Made by a program: the position numbers and the translations under genes
Notes under the pieces: generated by a model
Seen by the model: only the letters and a program-made list of their open reading frames with translations
The model's database searches: none
What the model was told of the DNA's origin: nothing
In this document: piece after piece, positions 1 through 11,840 of the stretch
Layout: every line of letters starts with the position of its first letter
How positions within the stretch are numbered: the first letter of the stretch is position 1
Assembly (NCBI GenBank): GCA_002269645.1
Contig: NIVC01000614.1
Location: forward strand, 1-64,000
Direction: 5' to 3'
Length of the DNA: 64,000 bases
DNA from: Macrostomum lignano
Lineage: Eukaryota

Positions 1-153
1 TTTTTAAACTATTTGAAAGCTATTGTTTATCCGCTCTCTGTTTCTCTCTGCTGCATACTAAATGAACGGTTGAGCACACACTATTAATTAAGATGCATTT
101 AGCCTGTTTAACTTAAATGTTGGCCCTAAAATCGTACCGCCAAAACCTTGCAG

Positions 154-504
154 AACTGGTGGTACAGTCAGACTGATTATCCGAAAGTGTACACCCAGTT
201 CCTGAAGTTTCAAGCCAAGCAATTCCGACGGTTCGGTCGAAGATATCTGACTCGTGGGATTGTGGACGCCGACAGCGACCCGGACGGAGTGCAGGCTCGC
301 GCCGACAACAACTTCGCGGCTGTAAAGCGAGGCATCGATTCGCTGGGCCGGACTCGATCGGCGGCAACTTCAAAGCAGTCGGACTCGACCGGCATCGAAG
401 CAAAGCTCATCAACCTGAAGCTGCAGTCAAAACGTCGACGCAAGCAGATCAACGACGTTGAAGCAAAGTTGGATCGGTTGATTCAACTTGTTGAGAGGCG
501 TTGA
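154..504 (+). CDS. Probable terminal exon of a gene starting upstream of the window; C-terminal coiled-coil-like segment, product unknown
   Basis: Acceptor-like ccttgcag ends at 153, in frame with ORF 148-504. The C-terminus has heptad-like hydrophobic spacing (LINLKLQSKRRRKQINDVEAKLDRLIQLVERR*). GC-rich block followed by AT-rich DNA. No family motif recognised. Confidence 0.4.
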   Translation, partial: NWWYSQTDYPKVYTQFLKFQAKQFRRFGRRYLTRGIVDADSDPDGVQARADNNFAAVKRGIDSLGRTRSAATSKQSDSTGIEAKLINLKLQSKRRRKQINDVEAKLDRLIQLVERR

Positions 505-2317
505 TATCACGTCTAAATCGATAACTTGTTTATAATCACGGTAAAAACATTTAATCAGGTAAACTACGCAAGACCCTTTTTAAAAAACATGTACTTTTAT
601 TTTATGCGTCCTAAAAAACTTTATTAACTTAAGCCTTGGTTGAGAGGTCAGTTCTCTGTAACTTGATTGTTTTTACGTACCTATATTGCTAAAAGATTTT
701 ACTATAGGTTGTAATTATCCAGTGTTAAACAAGTTTGTTTTAACTATTTTTTATTATCAGTACCTACTATATGTACACTTTTTAATGAATTGTTCTAATT
801 AATATTGTATGTTGGTACGTTTATCCAGTTCTATTTACAGCTATGGCTACTATCTGATAATTGCATATAAGAAGAGACAATGAATTAACAGATATTTTTT
901 AGTATAGTATAGCTATATTTTTGCTAACAAAAAAGTTTGACACAACACTGTGAATCCCTTAAAATTGCGTAAAATATTCGTTATTCAGTTTAAAGTTCTC
1001 ATGAAATAAACTGACGCTTTCCATGTCGAAAAGTTCGCGAATGTACTTTGAAGGTAAAAACAAATAATTAACGCTTTTCAATGGATCACTGAGTGCGATT
1101 ATCTGAAGAATAGCCAGAAGAGTAATCTTCTGTATCTTTGCGTGCAACTATTATAAGCAGGTAATTTGGTTCTGTAAGGAATGTAAAATTTGGGGCCGTA
1201 ATTGGGGCCCGATGGGGATTTGGGCCCGATGGGGCCGTAGTCCAGTGGTTGGCCAAGGCTCGATTTCAAGTGCAGTCACATTAATTTGAGACTATAGCTA
1301 GTTTGGTATCTCGGCTTGGCTCTGTAATTAACGCCCTTGAAGGCCAACCCCCAAGACAGTTGAATTTGCATGCCGAACGATGAATAAACGATAAAAATGA
1401 TTAAAAAATACAAAGCTAAGCTTTGTTTGCTGTGGTTAGTACATGCAGCTCCGCAACTGATTTCGGCTTGGGTCACCTATCGAGGCAGCCACTGTCTGAC
1501 GTTGATGGCCAACAAGCACTTTTAAATTACGCCGAGATTCAGTCGACGTGTCGACGTCGCGTATGTCAGATACATCGGCGGACGACGGAATTTTGCACGG
1601 GTGAGTCACTTCTGATGCTCCTCGATGCCAGCGCGGTGACTTCCAGTTGTATTCCGCATAGCTCAATCGGAGAAGAGCAATGCATCATAAGGATATTTTT
1701 TAAAGTAAATAATTAGTTTGTGCTGTAATTACAAGCTACTTTTCATTTACGCACGATATGTCGACTGTTGAACTGTAGAGTCAAGCTTCTCTATAAGGAG
1801 CGCTTACTTCAAGGGGCGCACATTTAGGCTTGGCAAAAAGTCGACGAAACGAAGATACGCTCGTACAAACTAGGGCTTCGTCTCCACGTCTCCTTGGTGC
1901 TGGCACCTATAGCACTATGTCCATTTAAACTATTGCTTACAATGAGGTCACAGTCGAAGAACTTTAGCTTAAAAGGCCCCACCCAGCTCAGCACTTAAAG
2001 TAGACTAAGCAGAGTGGATTGGTCCGGCCAGTTAAAAAAATGGCGCAGGCGGGCACGAACGGTAAGCGTTAGACAACCTTAAGCGAAGCGGGCCCAGGAA
2101 TCCTCGTACATTCTAACCTCAAAACAACCATCTCTCTGCCCTCTGCTGTGCACTTGTTGACAATATAGATAGCGAAGATCATTCTCCTGCGATAGTGTTG
2201 CAGGTGTTACAGTTTCAGATTATAAATCTGTAATTTTCGAATGTAGTGGCTCAGGCCATACAGTGTGTGTGTTGATATCTTTCTGTTACAAGCTACCACA
2301 GTCAGAAAATTTGCTTT

Positions 2318-5300
2318 GTATGCCATATTGTGCCAGAGTGCGATAGTGGGCGATAATATGCCATAGTGTGCCATAGTGTGCCATAGTGTGCCAGAGTGCG
2401 ATAGTGTGCGATAGTATGCCATAGTGTGCCATAGTGTGCCATAGTGTGCCATAGTGTGCCATAGTGTATGCCATAGTTGTGCCATATTGGGTCATAGTGT
2501 GCCATAGTATGCCATATTGGGTCATAGTGTGCCATAGTGTGCCATAGTGTGCCATATTGGGTCATAGTGTGCCATAGTATGCCATAGTTGTGCCATAGTG
2601 TGCCATATTGGGTCATAGTGTGCCATAGTATGCCATAGTTGTGCCATAATGTGCCATAGTGTGCCATAAGTAACATAATGTGCCATAAGTGTAACATAAT
2701 GTGCCATAAGTGTAACATAATGTGCCATAAGTGTAACATAATGTGCCATAAGTGTAACATAATGTGCCATAAGTGTAACATAGTGGCATATTATGCCTTA
2801 GTGTGCCATAAGTGTAACATAATGTGCCATAGTGTGCCATATTGGGTCATAGTGTGCCATAGTATGCCATATTGGGTCATAGTGTGCCATAGTGTGCCAT
2901 AGTGTGCCATATTGGGTCATAGTGTGCCATAGTATGCCATAGTTGTGCCATAGTGTGCCATATTGGGTCATAGTGTGCCATAGTATGCCATAGTTGTGCC
3001 ATAATGTGCCATAGTGTGCCATAAGTAACATAATGTGCCATAAGTGTAACATAATGTGCCATAAGTGTAACATAATGTGCCATAAGTGTAACATAATGTG
3101 CCATAAGTGTAACATAGTGGCATATTATGCCTTAGTGTGCCATAAGTGTAACATAATGTGCCATAAGTGTAACATAATGTGCCATAAGTGAAACATAATG
3201 TGCCATAAGTGTAACATAATGTGCCATAAGTGAAACATAATGTGCCATAAGTGTAACATAATGTGCCATAAGTGTAACATAATGTGCCATAAGTAACACA
3301 ATGTGCCATAGTGTGCCATAGTGTGCCATAAGTAACATAATGTGCCATAGTGTGCCATAATGTGCCATATTGTGCCATAATGTGCCATAAGTAACATAAT
3401 GTGCCATAGTGTGCCATAATGTGCCATAATGTGCCATAGTGTATGCCATAGTGTGCTATAGTATGCCATAGTGTATGCCATAGTGTGCCCTAGTTGTGCC
3501 ATAGTGTATGCCATAGTGTGCCATAGTGTGCCATAGTGTATGCCATAGTGTGCCCTAGTTGTGCCATAGTATGCCATAGTGTGCCCTAGTTGTGCCATAG
3601 TATGCCATAGTGTGCCATAGTGTGCCATAGTGTATGCCATAGTGTGCCCTAGTTGTGCCATACTATGCCATAGTGTGCCCTAGTTGTGCCATAGTGTATG
3701 CCATAGTGTGCCATAGTGTGCCATAGTGTACATGTATGCCATAGTGTGCCATAGTGTGCCATATTGTGCCATATTGTGCCATAGTGTGCCATAGTGTGCC
3801 ATAGTGTGTCATAGTGTGCCATAGTGTGCCATAGTGTGCCATAGTGTGCCATAGTGTGCCTTAGTGTGCCATAGTGTGCCATAGTGTGCCATAGTGTGCC
3901 ATAAGTAACATAATGTGCCATAGTGTGCCATAATGTGCCATAAGTAACATAATGTGCCATAGTGTGCCATAATGTGCCATAATGTGCCATAATGTGCCAT
4001 AAGTAACATAATGTGCCATAGTGTGCCATAATGTGCCATAATGTGCCATAATGTGCCATAAGTAACATAATGTGCCATAGTGTGCCATAATGTGCCATAA
4101 GTAACATAATGTGCCATAGTGTGCCATAGTGTGCCATAAGTAACATAATGTGCCATAGTGTGCCATAGTGTGCCATAAGTAACATAATGTGCCATAGTGT
4201 GCCATAATGTGCCATTATGTGCCATAAGTAACATAATGTGCCATAGTGTGCCATAATGTGCCATAAGTAACATAATGTGCCATAGTGTGCCATAGTGTGC
4301 CATAAGTAACATAGTGTGCCATAGTGTGCCATAAGTAACATAATGTGCCATAAGTAACACAATGTGCCATAGTGTGCCATAGTGTGCCATAAGTAACATA
4401 GTGTGCCATAGTGTGCCATAAGTAACATAATGTGCCATAAGTAACACAATGTGCTATAGTGTGCCATAGTGTGCCATAAGTAACATAATGTGCCTTAGTG
4501 TGCCATAGTGTGCCATAAGTAACATAATGTGCCATAGTGTGCCATAGTGTGCCATAAGTAACATACTGTGCCATAGTGTGCCATAAGTAACATAGTGTGC
4601 CATAGTGTGCCATAGTGTGCCATAAGTAACATAGTGTGCCATAGTGTGCCATAAGTAACATAGTGTGCCATAGTGTGCCATAAGTAACATAATGTGCCAG
4701 AAGTAACACAATGTGCCATAGTGTGCCATAGTGTGCCATAAGTAACATAATGTGCCATAGTGTGCCATAGTGTGCCATAAGTAACATAATGTGCCATAGT
4801 GTGCCATAGTGAGCCATAAGTAACATAATATGCCATAGTGTGCCATAATGTGCCATAAGTAACATAATGTGCCATAGTGTGCCATAAGTAACATAATGTG
4901 CCATAGTGTGCCATAGTGTGCCATAAGTAACATAATGTGCCATAGTGTGCCATAATGTGCCATAATGTGCCATAAGTAACATAATGTGCCATAGTGTGCC
5001 ATAATGTGCCATAAGTAACATAATGTGCCATAGTGTGCCATAGTGTGCCATAAGTAACATAATGTGCCATAGTGTGCCATAGTGTGCCATAAGTAACATA
5101 ATGTGCCATAGTGTGCCATAATGTGCCATAGTGTGCCATAAGTAACATAATGTGCCATAGTGTGCCATAGTGTGCCATAAGTAACATAATGTGCCATAGT
5201 GTGCCATAGTGAGCCATAAGTAACATAATATGCCATAGTGTGCCATAATGTGCCATAATGTGCCATAAGTAACATAATGTGCCATAGTGTGCCATAATGT

Positions 5301-7597
5301 GCCATAAGTAACATAATGTGCCATAGTGTGCCATAGTGTGCCATAAGTAACATAATGTGCCATAGTGTGCCATAGTGTGCCATAAGTAACATAGTGTGCC
5401 ATAGTGTGCCATAAGTAACATAGTGTGCCATAGTGTGCCATAAGTAACATAATGTGCCATAAGTAACACAATGTGCCATAGTGTGCCATAGTGTGCCATA
5501 AGTAACATAATGTGCCATAGTGTGCCATAGTGTGCCATAAGTAACATAATGTGCCATAGTGTGCCATAGTGAGCCATAAGTAACATAATATGCCATAGTG
5601 TGCCATAATGTGCCATAATGTGCCATAAGTAACATAATGTGCCATAGTGTGCCATAATGTGCCATAAGTAACATAATGTGCCATAGTGTGCCATAGTGTG
5701 CCATAAGTAACATAATGTGCCATAGTGTGCCATAATGTGCCATAGTGTGCCATAAGTAACATAATGTGCCATAGTGTGCCATAGTGTGCCATAAGTAACA
5801 TAATGTGCCATAGTGTGCCATAATGTGCCATAATGTGCCATAAGTAACATAATGTGCCATAGTGTGCCATAATGTGCCATAAGTAACATAATGTGCCATA
5901 GTGTGCCATAGTGTGCCATAGTGTGCCAGAGTGCGATAGTGTGCCATAGTGTGCCATAGTGTGCCATAAGTAACATAATGTGCCATAGTGTGCCATAATG
6001 TGCCATAAGTAACATAATGTGCCATAGTGTGCCATAATGTGCCATAATGTGCCATAATGTGCCATAAGTAACATAATGTGCCATAGTGTGCCATAGTGTG
6101 CCATAAGTAACATAATGTGCCATAGTGTGCCATAATGTGCCATAAGTAACATAATGTGCCATAGTGTGCCATAGTGTGCCATAAGTAACATAATGTGCCA
6201 TAGTGTGCCATAGTGTGCCATAAGTAACATAATGTGCCATAGTGTGCCATAATGTGCCATAATGTTCCATAAGTAACATAATGTGCCATAGTGTGCCATA
6301 ATGTGCCATAAGTAACATAATGTGCCATAGTGTGCCATAGTGTGCCATAAGTAACATAGTGTGCCATAGTGTGCCATAAGTAACATAATGTGCCATAAGT
6401 AACACAATGTGCCATAGTGTGCCATAGTGTGCCATAAGTAAGTAACATAGTGTGCCATAGTGTGCCATAAGTAACATAATGTGCCATAAGTAACATAATG
6501 TGCCTTAGTGTGCCATAGTGTGCCATAAGTAACATAATGTGCCATAGTGTGCCATAATGTGCCATAAGTAACATAATGTGCCATAGTGTGCCATAATGTG
6601 CCATAATGTGCCATAATGTGCCATAAGTAACATAATGTGCCATAGTGTGCCATAGTGTGCCATAAGTAACATAATGTGCCATAGTGTGCCATAATGTGCC
6701 ATAAGTAACATAATGTGCCATAGTGTGCCATAGTGTGCCATAAGTAACATAATGTGCCATAGTGTGCCATAGTGTGCCATAAGTAACATAATGTGCCATA
6801 GTGTGCCATAATGTGCCATAATGTTCCATAAGTAACATAATGTGCCATAGTGTGCCATAATGTGCCATAAGTAACATAATGTGCCATAGTGTGCCATAGT
6901 GTGCCATAAGTAACATAGTGTGCCATAGTGTGCCATAAGTAACATAGTGTGCCATAGTGTGCCATAAGTAACATAATGTGCCATAAGTAACACAATGTGC
7001 CATAGTGTGCCATAGTGTGCCATAAGTAACATAATGTGCCATAGTGTGCCATAGTGTGCCATAAGTAACATAATGTGCCATAGTGTGCCATAGTGAGCCA
7101 TAAGTAACATAATATGCCATAGTGTGCCATAATGTGCCATAATGTGCCATAAGTAACATAATGTGCCATAGTGTGCCATAATGTGCCATAATGTGCCATA
7201 AGTAACATAATGTGCCATAATGTGCCATAAGTAACATAATGGGCCATAGTGTGCTATAGTGTGCCATAAGTAACATAGTGTGCCATAGTGTGCCATAAGT
7301 AACATAATGTGCCATAAGTAACATAATGTGCCATAGTGTGCCATAATGTGCCATAATGTGCCATAAGTAACATAATGTGCCATAAGTAACATAATGTGCC
7401 ATAAGTAACATAATGTGCCATAGTGTGCCATAGTGTGCCATAAGTAACATAATGTGCCATAAGTAACATAATGTGCCATAGTGTGCCATAGTGTGCCATC
7501 AGTAACATAGTGTGCCATAAGTAACATAGTGTGCCATAGTGTGCCATAAATAACATAATGTGCCATAATGTGCCATAAGTAACATAATGTGCCATAG
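2318..7597. repeat. ~5.3-kb satellite of 10-bp monomers (GTGTGCCATA / ATGTGCCATA) interspersed with AGTAACATA and other variants
   Basis: Directly visible. The minus strand has almost no stop codons, which produces the spurious MAHYGTLWH ORFs of up to 1011 aa. Confidence 0.98.
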
Positions 7598-9904
7598 TCC
7601 CGACGGCTTGGTCCGAAATCGGGCCATAGACAAATCAGACAAATTTTCTTAGTCTAACTTTCACAACCGTAGACGTCGGGAGCTGTTAAGTCAAATGCAT
7701 TCCATAGAGTTCTAGCATAGAGTTTCCAAGATCCATTCAAACTAATCGTTTATCAACAAACCATGGATTCTGGTGCGAGTTCGGAGTCAGCTAATTCGTC
7801 TAGCTATTACTCAACTGCTGACGAGGCCGTTGATGAGTTTGAAGATGAGGTAGAGAACCCAGGAGTCGAACACGTTGGTGAGTGGCACATGGTTCAAGCT
7901 GACACTGATAATCGACCATCAGCCTTGCCTGAATTCCTCGGTACCCCCGGTGCACGACCTGATTGGCATTCTCCACATGCTGCGGATGGAAACGAAGAAG
8001 CTTTCCTGAAGCTATTTCTGACGGATCAACTGTTTGAAGATATTAGCCGATGGACCAACGCAAAATCTTGGAAGATCTTTTAGAAGGCAGAGACTCAGGA
8101 TGCTGTACCGAAGCTGGTGTTAAACTGGCGTGATTGCTCCACTAATGAAGCTCGAAAGTTGGTGGGCATTGTGCTGCTCATGGGAGTCGACAAGAAGCCA
8201 GAAATAGCCAGCTACTGATCAACCGACCTGATCTTTCACTGTCCGTTTCTTTCCAAGCCTTTCTCTCTATCAAGAGACCGATTTAAGCAGCTCCTGTCGT
8301 GTCTTCGTCGTGTCATTTATGGAACTTCGTCATCCACACGTCTCCTGAGGTTAATCAACAGTTTGGTGAACGACTCGGATGTCAAGGCATGAGTATGAGC
8401 GTGAGAGTTGTGGCAGAGCTGTGCCGCGGTCTCCTCCATCTCGGACATCATGTGTTCACTGATAGTTGGTTTACATCACGCCGGCTGGTCGATTGGTTGC
8501 TGCAACACGATACGCTGCTGGCTGGGACGGTGCGAAAGGATCGCGGCATTCCCGCTGATTTGCAGGCTGTCAACATCCACCCAACTTCATCTGCATTCGC
8601 ACGTTCAGGTGACCTCTTAGCGTGTAAATTTGTCGACAGGAAGCAAAGCGGCACCAAGACCCTGTATTTGCTGGACACGGCGGGCAAGGCAGAATGCATT
8701 CAGGTTCAACGCAACCGTCGCGGTAGTGCAAAAGCCTGCTAGCGTGCTTGCCTATTCTTCCAGTATGGGCGGGATTGACCATTTGGATGCCTCAATGCAC
8801 CCGTACCTCGCGAACCGAAAGAGCATGCGCTGGTTCCACAATATGGGATTTCATCTTCTTGCGATGCTTGTGCAGAACTCGTGGATGATCTACCGACAGT
8901 CAGGTGGCACCAAGACCTTTCTGCAGTTTCTGAGGCTGGCAACAAAGAGACTTGTGGAGGACGCTGGGGTTGCCAGGAGACGTGGACCTACACCAGGTGG
9001 TGCTGGCGCTCTTGCTATTGGCGGAGGAGATGGTGCTGACGCCCATTCACCAAGCAAGGCTCCAAGAATCGGAAGACCAGGTCCGACCACGCAAAAGATG
9101 TCGTGTGTGCTATGCAGCTGGCCAGGTCAAGAAGACTACATTCGTTTGCGAAGCCTGCCCGGGAGTTCCAGCCCTTTGCCTAGGTGCCTGTTTTTCACAC
9201 TGGCACTCTCGCACTAACTATTAGCTATTAGCTTTATTACCTTCAAACCATTAGATGAATCAAAATCGTTATTACGTAATCGAATTTTTGTTGATGTTAA
9301 TGTTCGTTATTCACTGAATTGTTATGCGTTGCATTATTCGTGTATGAATTTTTTCGGCTCTATTGCAGTCCCGTGCAAGTGCATGTACCACAGTTCTGAG
9401 TCTCCTATTCAAGCACAATCCCTTAACTGGCCGTTCCCTTTCATCACCTACCCACATGTACCTAACCACCTACCTAACTACCTACCTACCTACTCATTGT
9501 ACCATCCTGCTTACTCGTGTCTTACAGATGCTCCAGTGTTTACGTCTTTTCCTACTTGGAAATTGTCCCTTATAAGTCATGTAATTAGACTATTCCGGCT
9601 TCATTGGGAACAAGCTTTCTTCGTACAATAATTTTTTTACAGTTTTGTTGAAAACTTCCACAGTAGTTTTATTATAAACGAGTTATTAAAATTACAGGTG
9701 TGACATATCTAAACTAATAATTCTCATTTTTGCGTCATCTACTATTTGCAACCTTCTTAGACACTGACCCGAAATCGGGCCATTCCCGTTGGGAACGGGT
9801 GTGCTGAGATGATGATTGATTTGCCATAGACTTTTACAAACGCGCAGCCGTTCGCTTTGGTGCTGGCGGGATGACCCGAAATCGGGCCATCCGCCCGCTC
9901 ATGG
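7598..9904 (+). mobile_element. Decayed piggyBac-superfamily DNA transposon, left end missing
   Basis: Transposase remnants at 7763-9224. Right end ...CCGCCCGCTCATGG is followed by TTAA at 9905-9908. Subterminal motif CCGAAATCGGGCCAT at 7613, ~9769 and ~9876. No matching left terminus (TTAA-CCATGAGCG) seen. Confidence 0.85.
7763..9224 (+). pseudogene. piggyBac (PGBD-like) DDD transposase pseudogene
   Basis: Motifs across frames: FLTDQLFEDISRWTN; LLMGVDKKPEIASY*STD; SRDRFKQLLSCLR; GHHVFTDSWFTS...GTVRKDR; MGGIDHLD...RKSMRWF; Cys-rich C-terminus CRVC...CEAC...LCLGACFSHWH. Lesions: stops at ~8081 and ~8216, frameshifts, and an internal deletion near 8310. Confidence 0.9.
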
Positions 9905-11035
9905 TTAAGGTGGGCTAAACAGAACGCTATTAGTCTCTGAACAGCGAGTGATCAGGAGGATTGGGTTCTTCTTGGGGCTGAAGCTCCAGAGCTCCAGAGC
10001 TCCATCAAGCCAGAGCAGAGACAAAACTTATACCAGCCTAATGGAACAATCTTCACGCGAAACCGATATGCTAGAGTTGACACATCAGGTGTTTTTTGAA
10101 TCCTTGAACCAGAAGCAAGAAGTCGCGATACTAAGGTCCTTGGCACAGACATGTAAAAAATACACGCGACCAAGGAAGTTTGGTAAACATGTTTTATTGC
10201 ACTCGCAGACTGGACAAGCCTAAGCTGGTCATGTGAGGAAAAAATGCAAATGAATGTCGAGAACAAGGAGCAGACGGAGAGGACTCTGGGGAGACGGAGA
10301 CTGAAGGCCAGGCAACCGGGCACGGGCAGGTGGGGAGCTGCAGCTCAGAACTGAGGGTTAAGCGAAGGCTACTCATGACTAAAAGCCGTGCCAATCTCGC
10401 TGAGCTAATAACTCTAAAAGCAACTAGATTCCTGTGGATTGAAACAAAAGCAGACCCCGAAAAATTTCCAGTCTAAGTGCCTATAGAGAACTTTTAACAG
10501 GTTTGATCGCCACTGAAAGTATTTCAATCCACTTTTCCTGCCCTTCATTGTAGTTCTTTCTTCGAAAGTAAGGCTCTAGCAACAGGAAACCGACCTGTTA
10601 ACGAGTCAAGAGGCGGGACCTCTGCAATTCTCTCCACAGTGTCGTTCTTAGCTTGACTTTCCCAACCCAGCAAACTTTTTTGTTGTTGTGAATAGATTTC
10701 CATTTTTTACTGGAAACTGGAGAGCGAATACAGGGCTGGAGTAGCCGTCGAGTCTTTGTGGTCGGCGGTGGGTTCGAAAACAGCATTAATTACTCAAACT
10801 TGATTGATTTGATGCGGTTCAACAAGAAAGGTATTTCCAACGTTTATTTTTTCTGAGTCGCTAGCAATTTCTACTTATCTACTTTTCTACAAGTCCTAAA
10901 TTTCAAATTCATCTTCAAAGAGTTGTTGAAGAGTAAAAATCTAATTTATGTCAGTTTTATAGTTGTATAAAAAGTAAGATTTTGCAGCTTAGGGATAAAT
11001 TTGGTCCGCTATTCATTTGACACGACCTTGACGTC

Positions 11036-11840
11036 TCAGTAACCGTAGATCTCAACTTCGCAGATAACGAGATGATTGCTCAGCTGGGTGACAACTCGAA
11101 CTGCGCTGCCGAAAGCGTTGCAGGTGAAGTTGGCGATGGAGAACGGCTCCGTCAGGTCCACTCGGTTGCACTCAACGCCATCAACCAGCAGGTTGAACTT
11201 GTTGAGCCAACTAGCACTGGAAAGCCGGTTGTAGATGGTGAGGTAGGCCACGAAAGCTGGAGCGGCCAGCCGCGCCTCCCACCATTCGCCGATGCCTTTT
11301 ACAGTAGCGCTGTAGACAGTCTGGTCCCTGTTGCCGTCCATAGAGATTGTGCAGTAATAGCTAGCGTAGGTATTGCTGTGCTGGCAGCTGGAAATTTTCA
11401 ACTTTTTTATGTTGGCGGGCGAAGAACCTGCGGGAACGAGTAGCCAGAGTTGTGAATGAGCTTCAAGGTTTACCAGACCAAGATAAAACTGTACGCCATG
11501 TGACGTTTCGTTCCTTACTGGTAGCAGCTGCCGGCTCTTCTATCTTCTTGAAGATCTCGCAGGGTGGCGAGCTCAGCCAGGTGCCAGAGAAGGCGCTCAA
11601 TTCGAACAGCTGGCACAGACTCTGCAGCCAGGAGAATCCGCTGCAGCCGTCTGTTTGAGCACACCTCACCGAGCAGTCCAAGTTACTTATGCCAGCCACA
11701 GACTTCATGCTCGCAGGTGCTGATGAGCTCTCGGATCCCACGATTTCGAAGGTGAAGCCAGCCGCTGGTGGACTGGCAGTCAGCAGCAGCAGCAGCAGCA
11801 GCAGCAGGGGTAGAAAGTGCTCAACAGTTTGGCAATACAT
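11036..11840 (-). CDS. Secreted protein with signal peptide, PAN/apple-like domain and F-type lectin (FTP/fucolectin-like) domain; copy 1
   Basis: Exons 11840-11474 and 11427-11036, 46-nt GT-AG intron, frame preserved. Leu-rich signal; CSVRCAQTDGCSGFSW...C; MDGN...WW...LTIYNR...C...C...LVICEVEIYG. Confidence 0.8.

Noticed and set aside
1657-1680. GCATAGCTCAATCGGAGAAGAGC resembling a tRNA 5' half
   Set aside because: No B-box, T-arm or acceptor stem follows.
2040-2067. Possible first coding exon ATGGCGCAGGCGGGCACGAACG|GTAAGC
   Set aside because: Good donor and AAAATGGCG context, but no downstream plus-strand exons could be linked; too short to support.
2207-7595. Very long minus-strand ORFs (up to 1011 aa, MAHYGTLWH repeats)
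   Set aside because: All three frames are open because the satellite lacks stop codons on that strand; no coding signal.
9948-10400. Several 66-123 aa ORFs after the piggyBac end
   Set aside because: No recognisable motif in any frame; probably decayed sequence.
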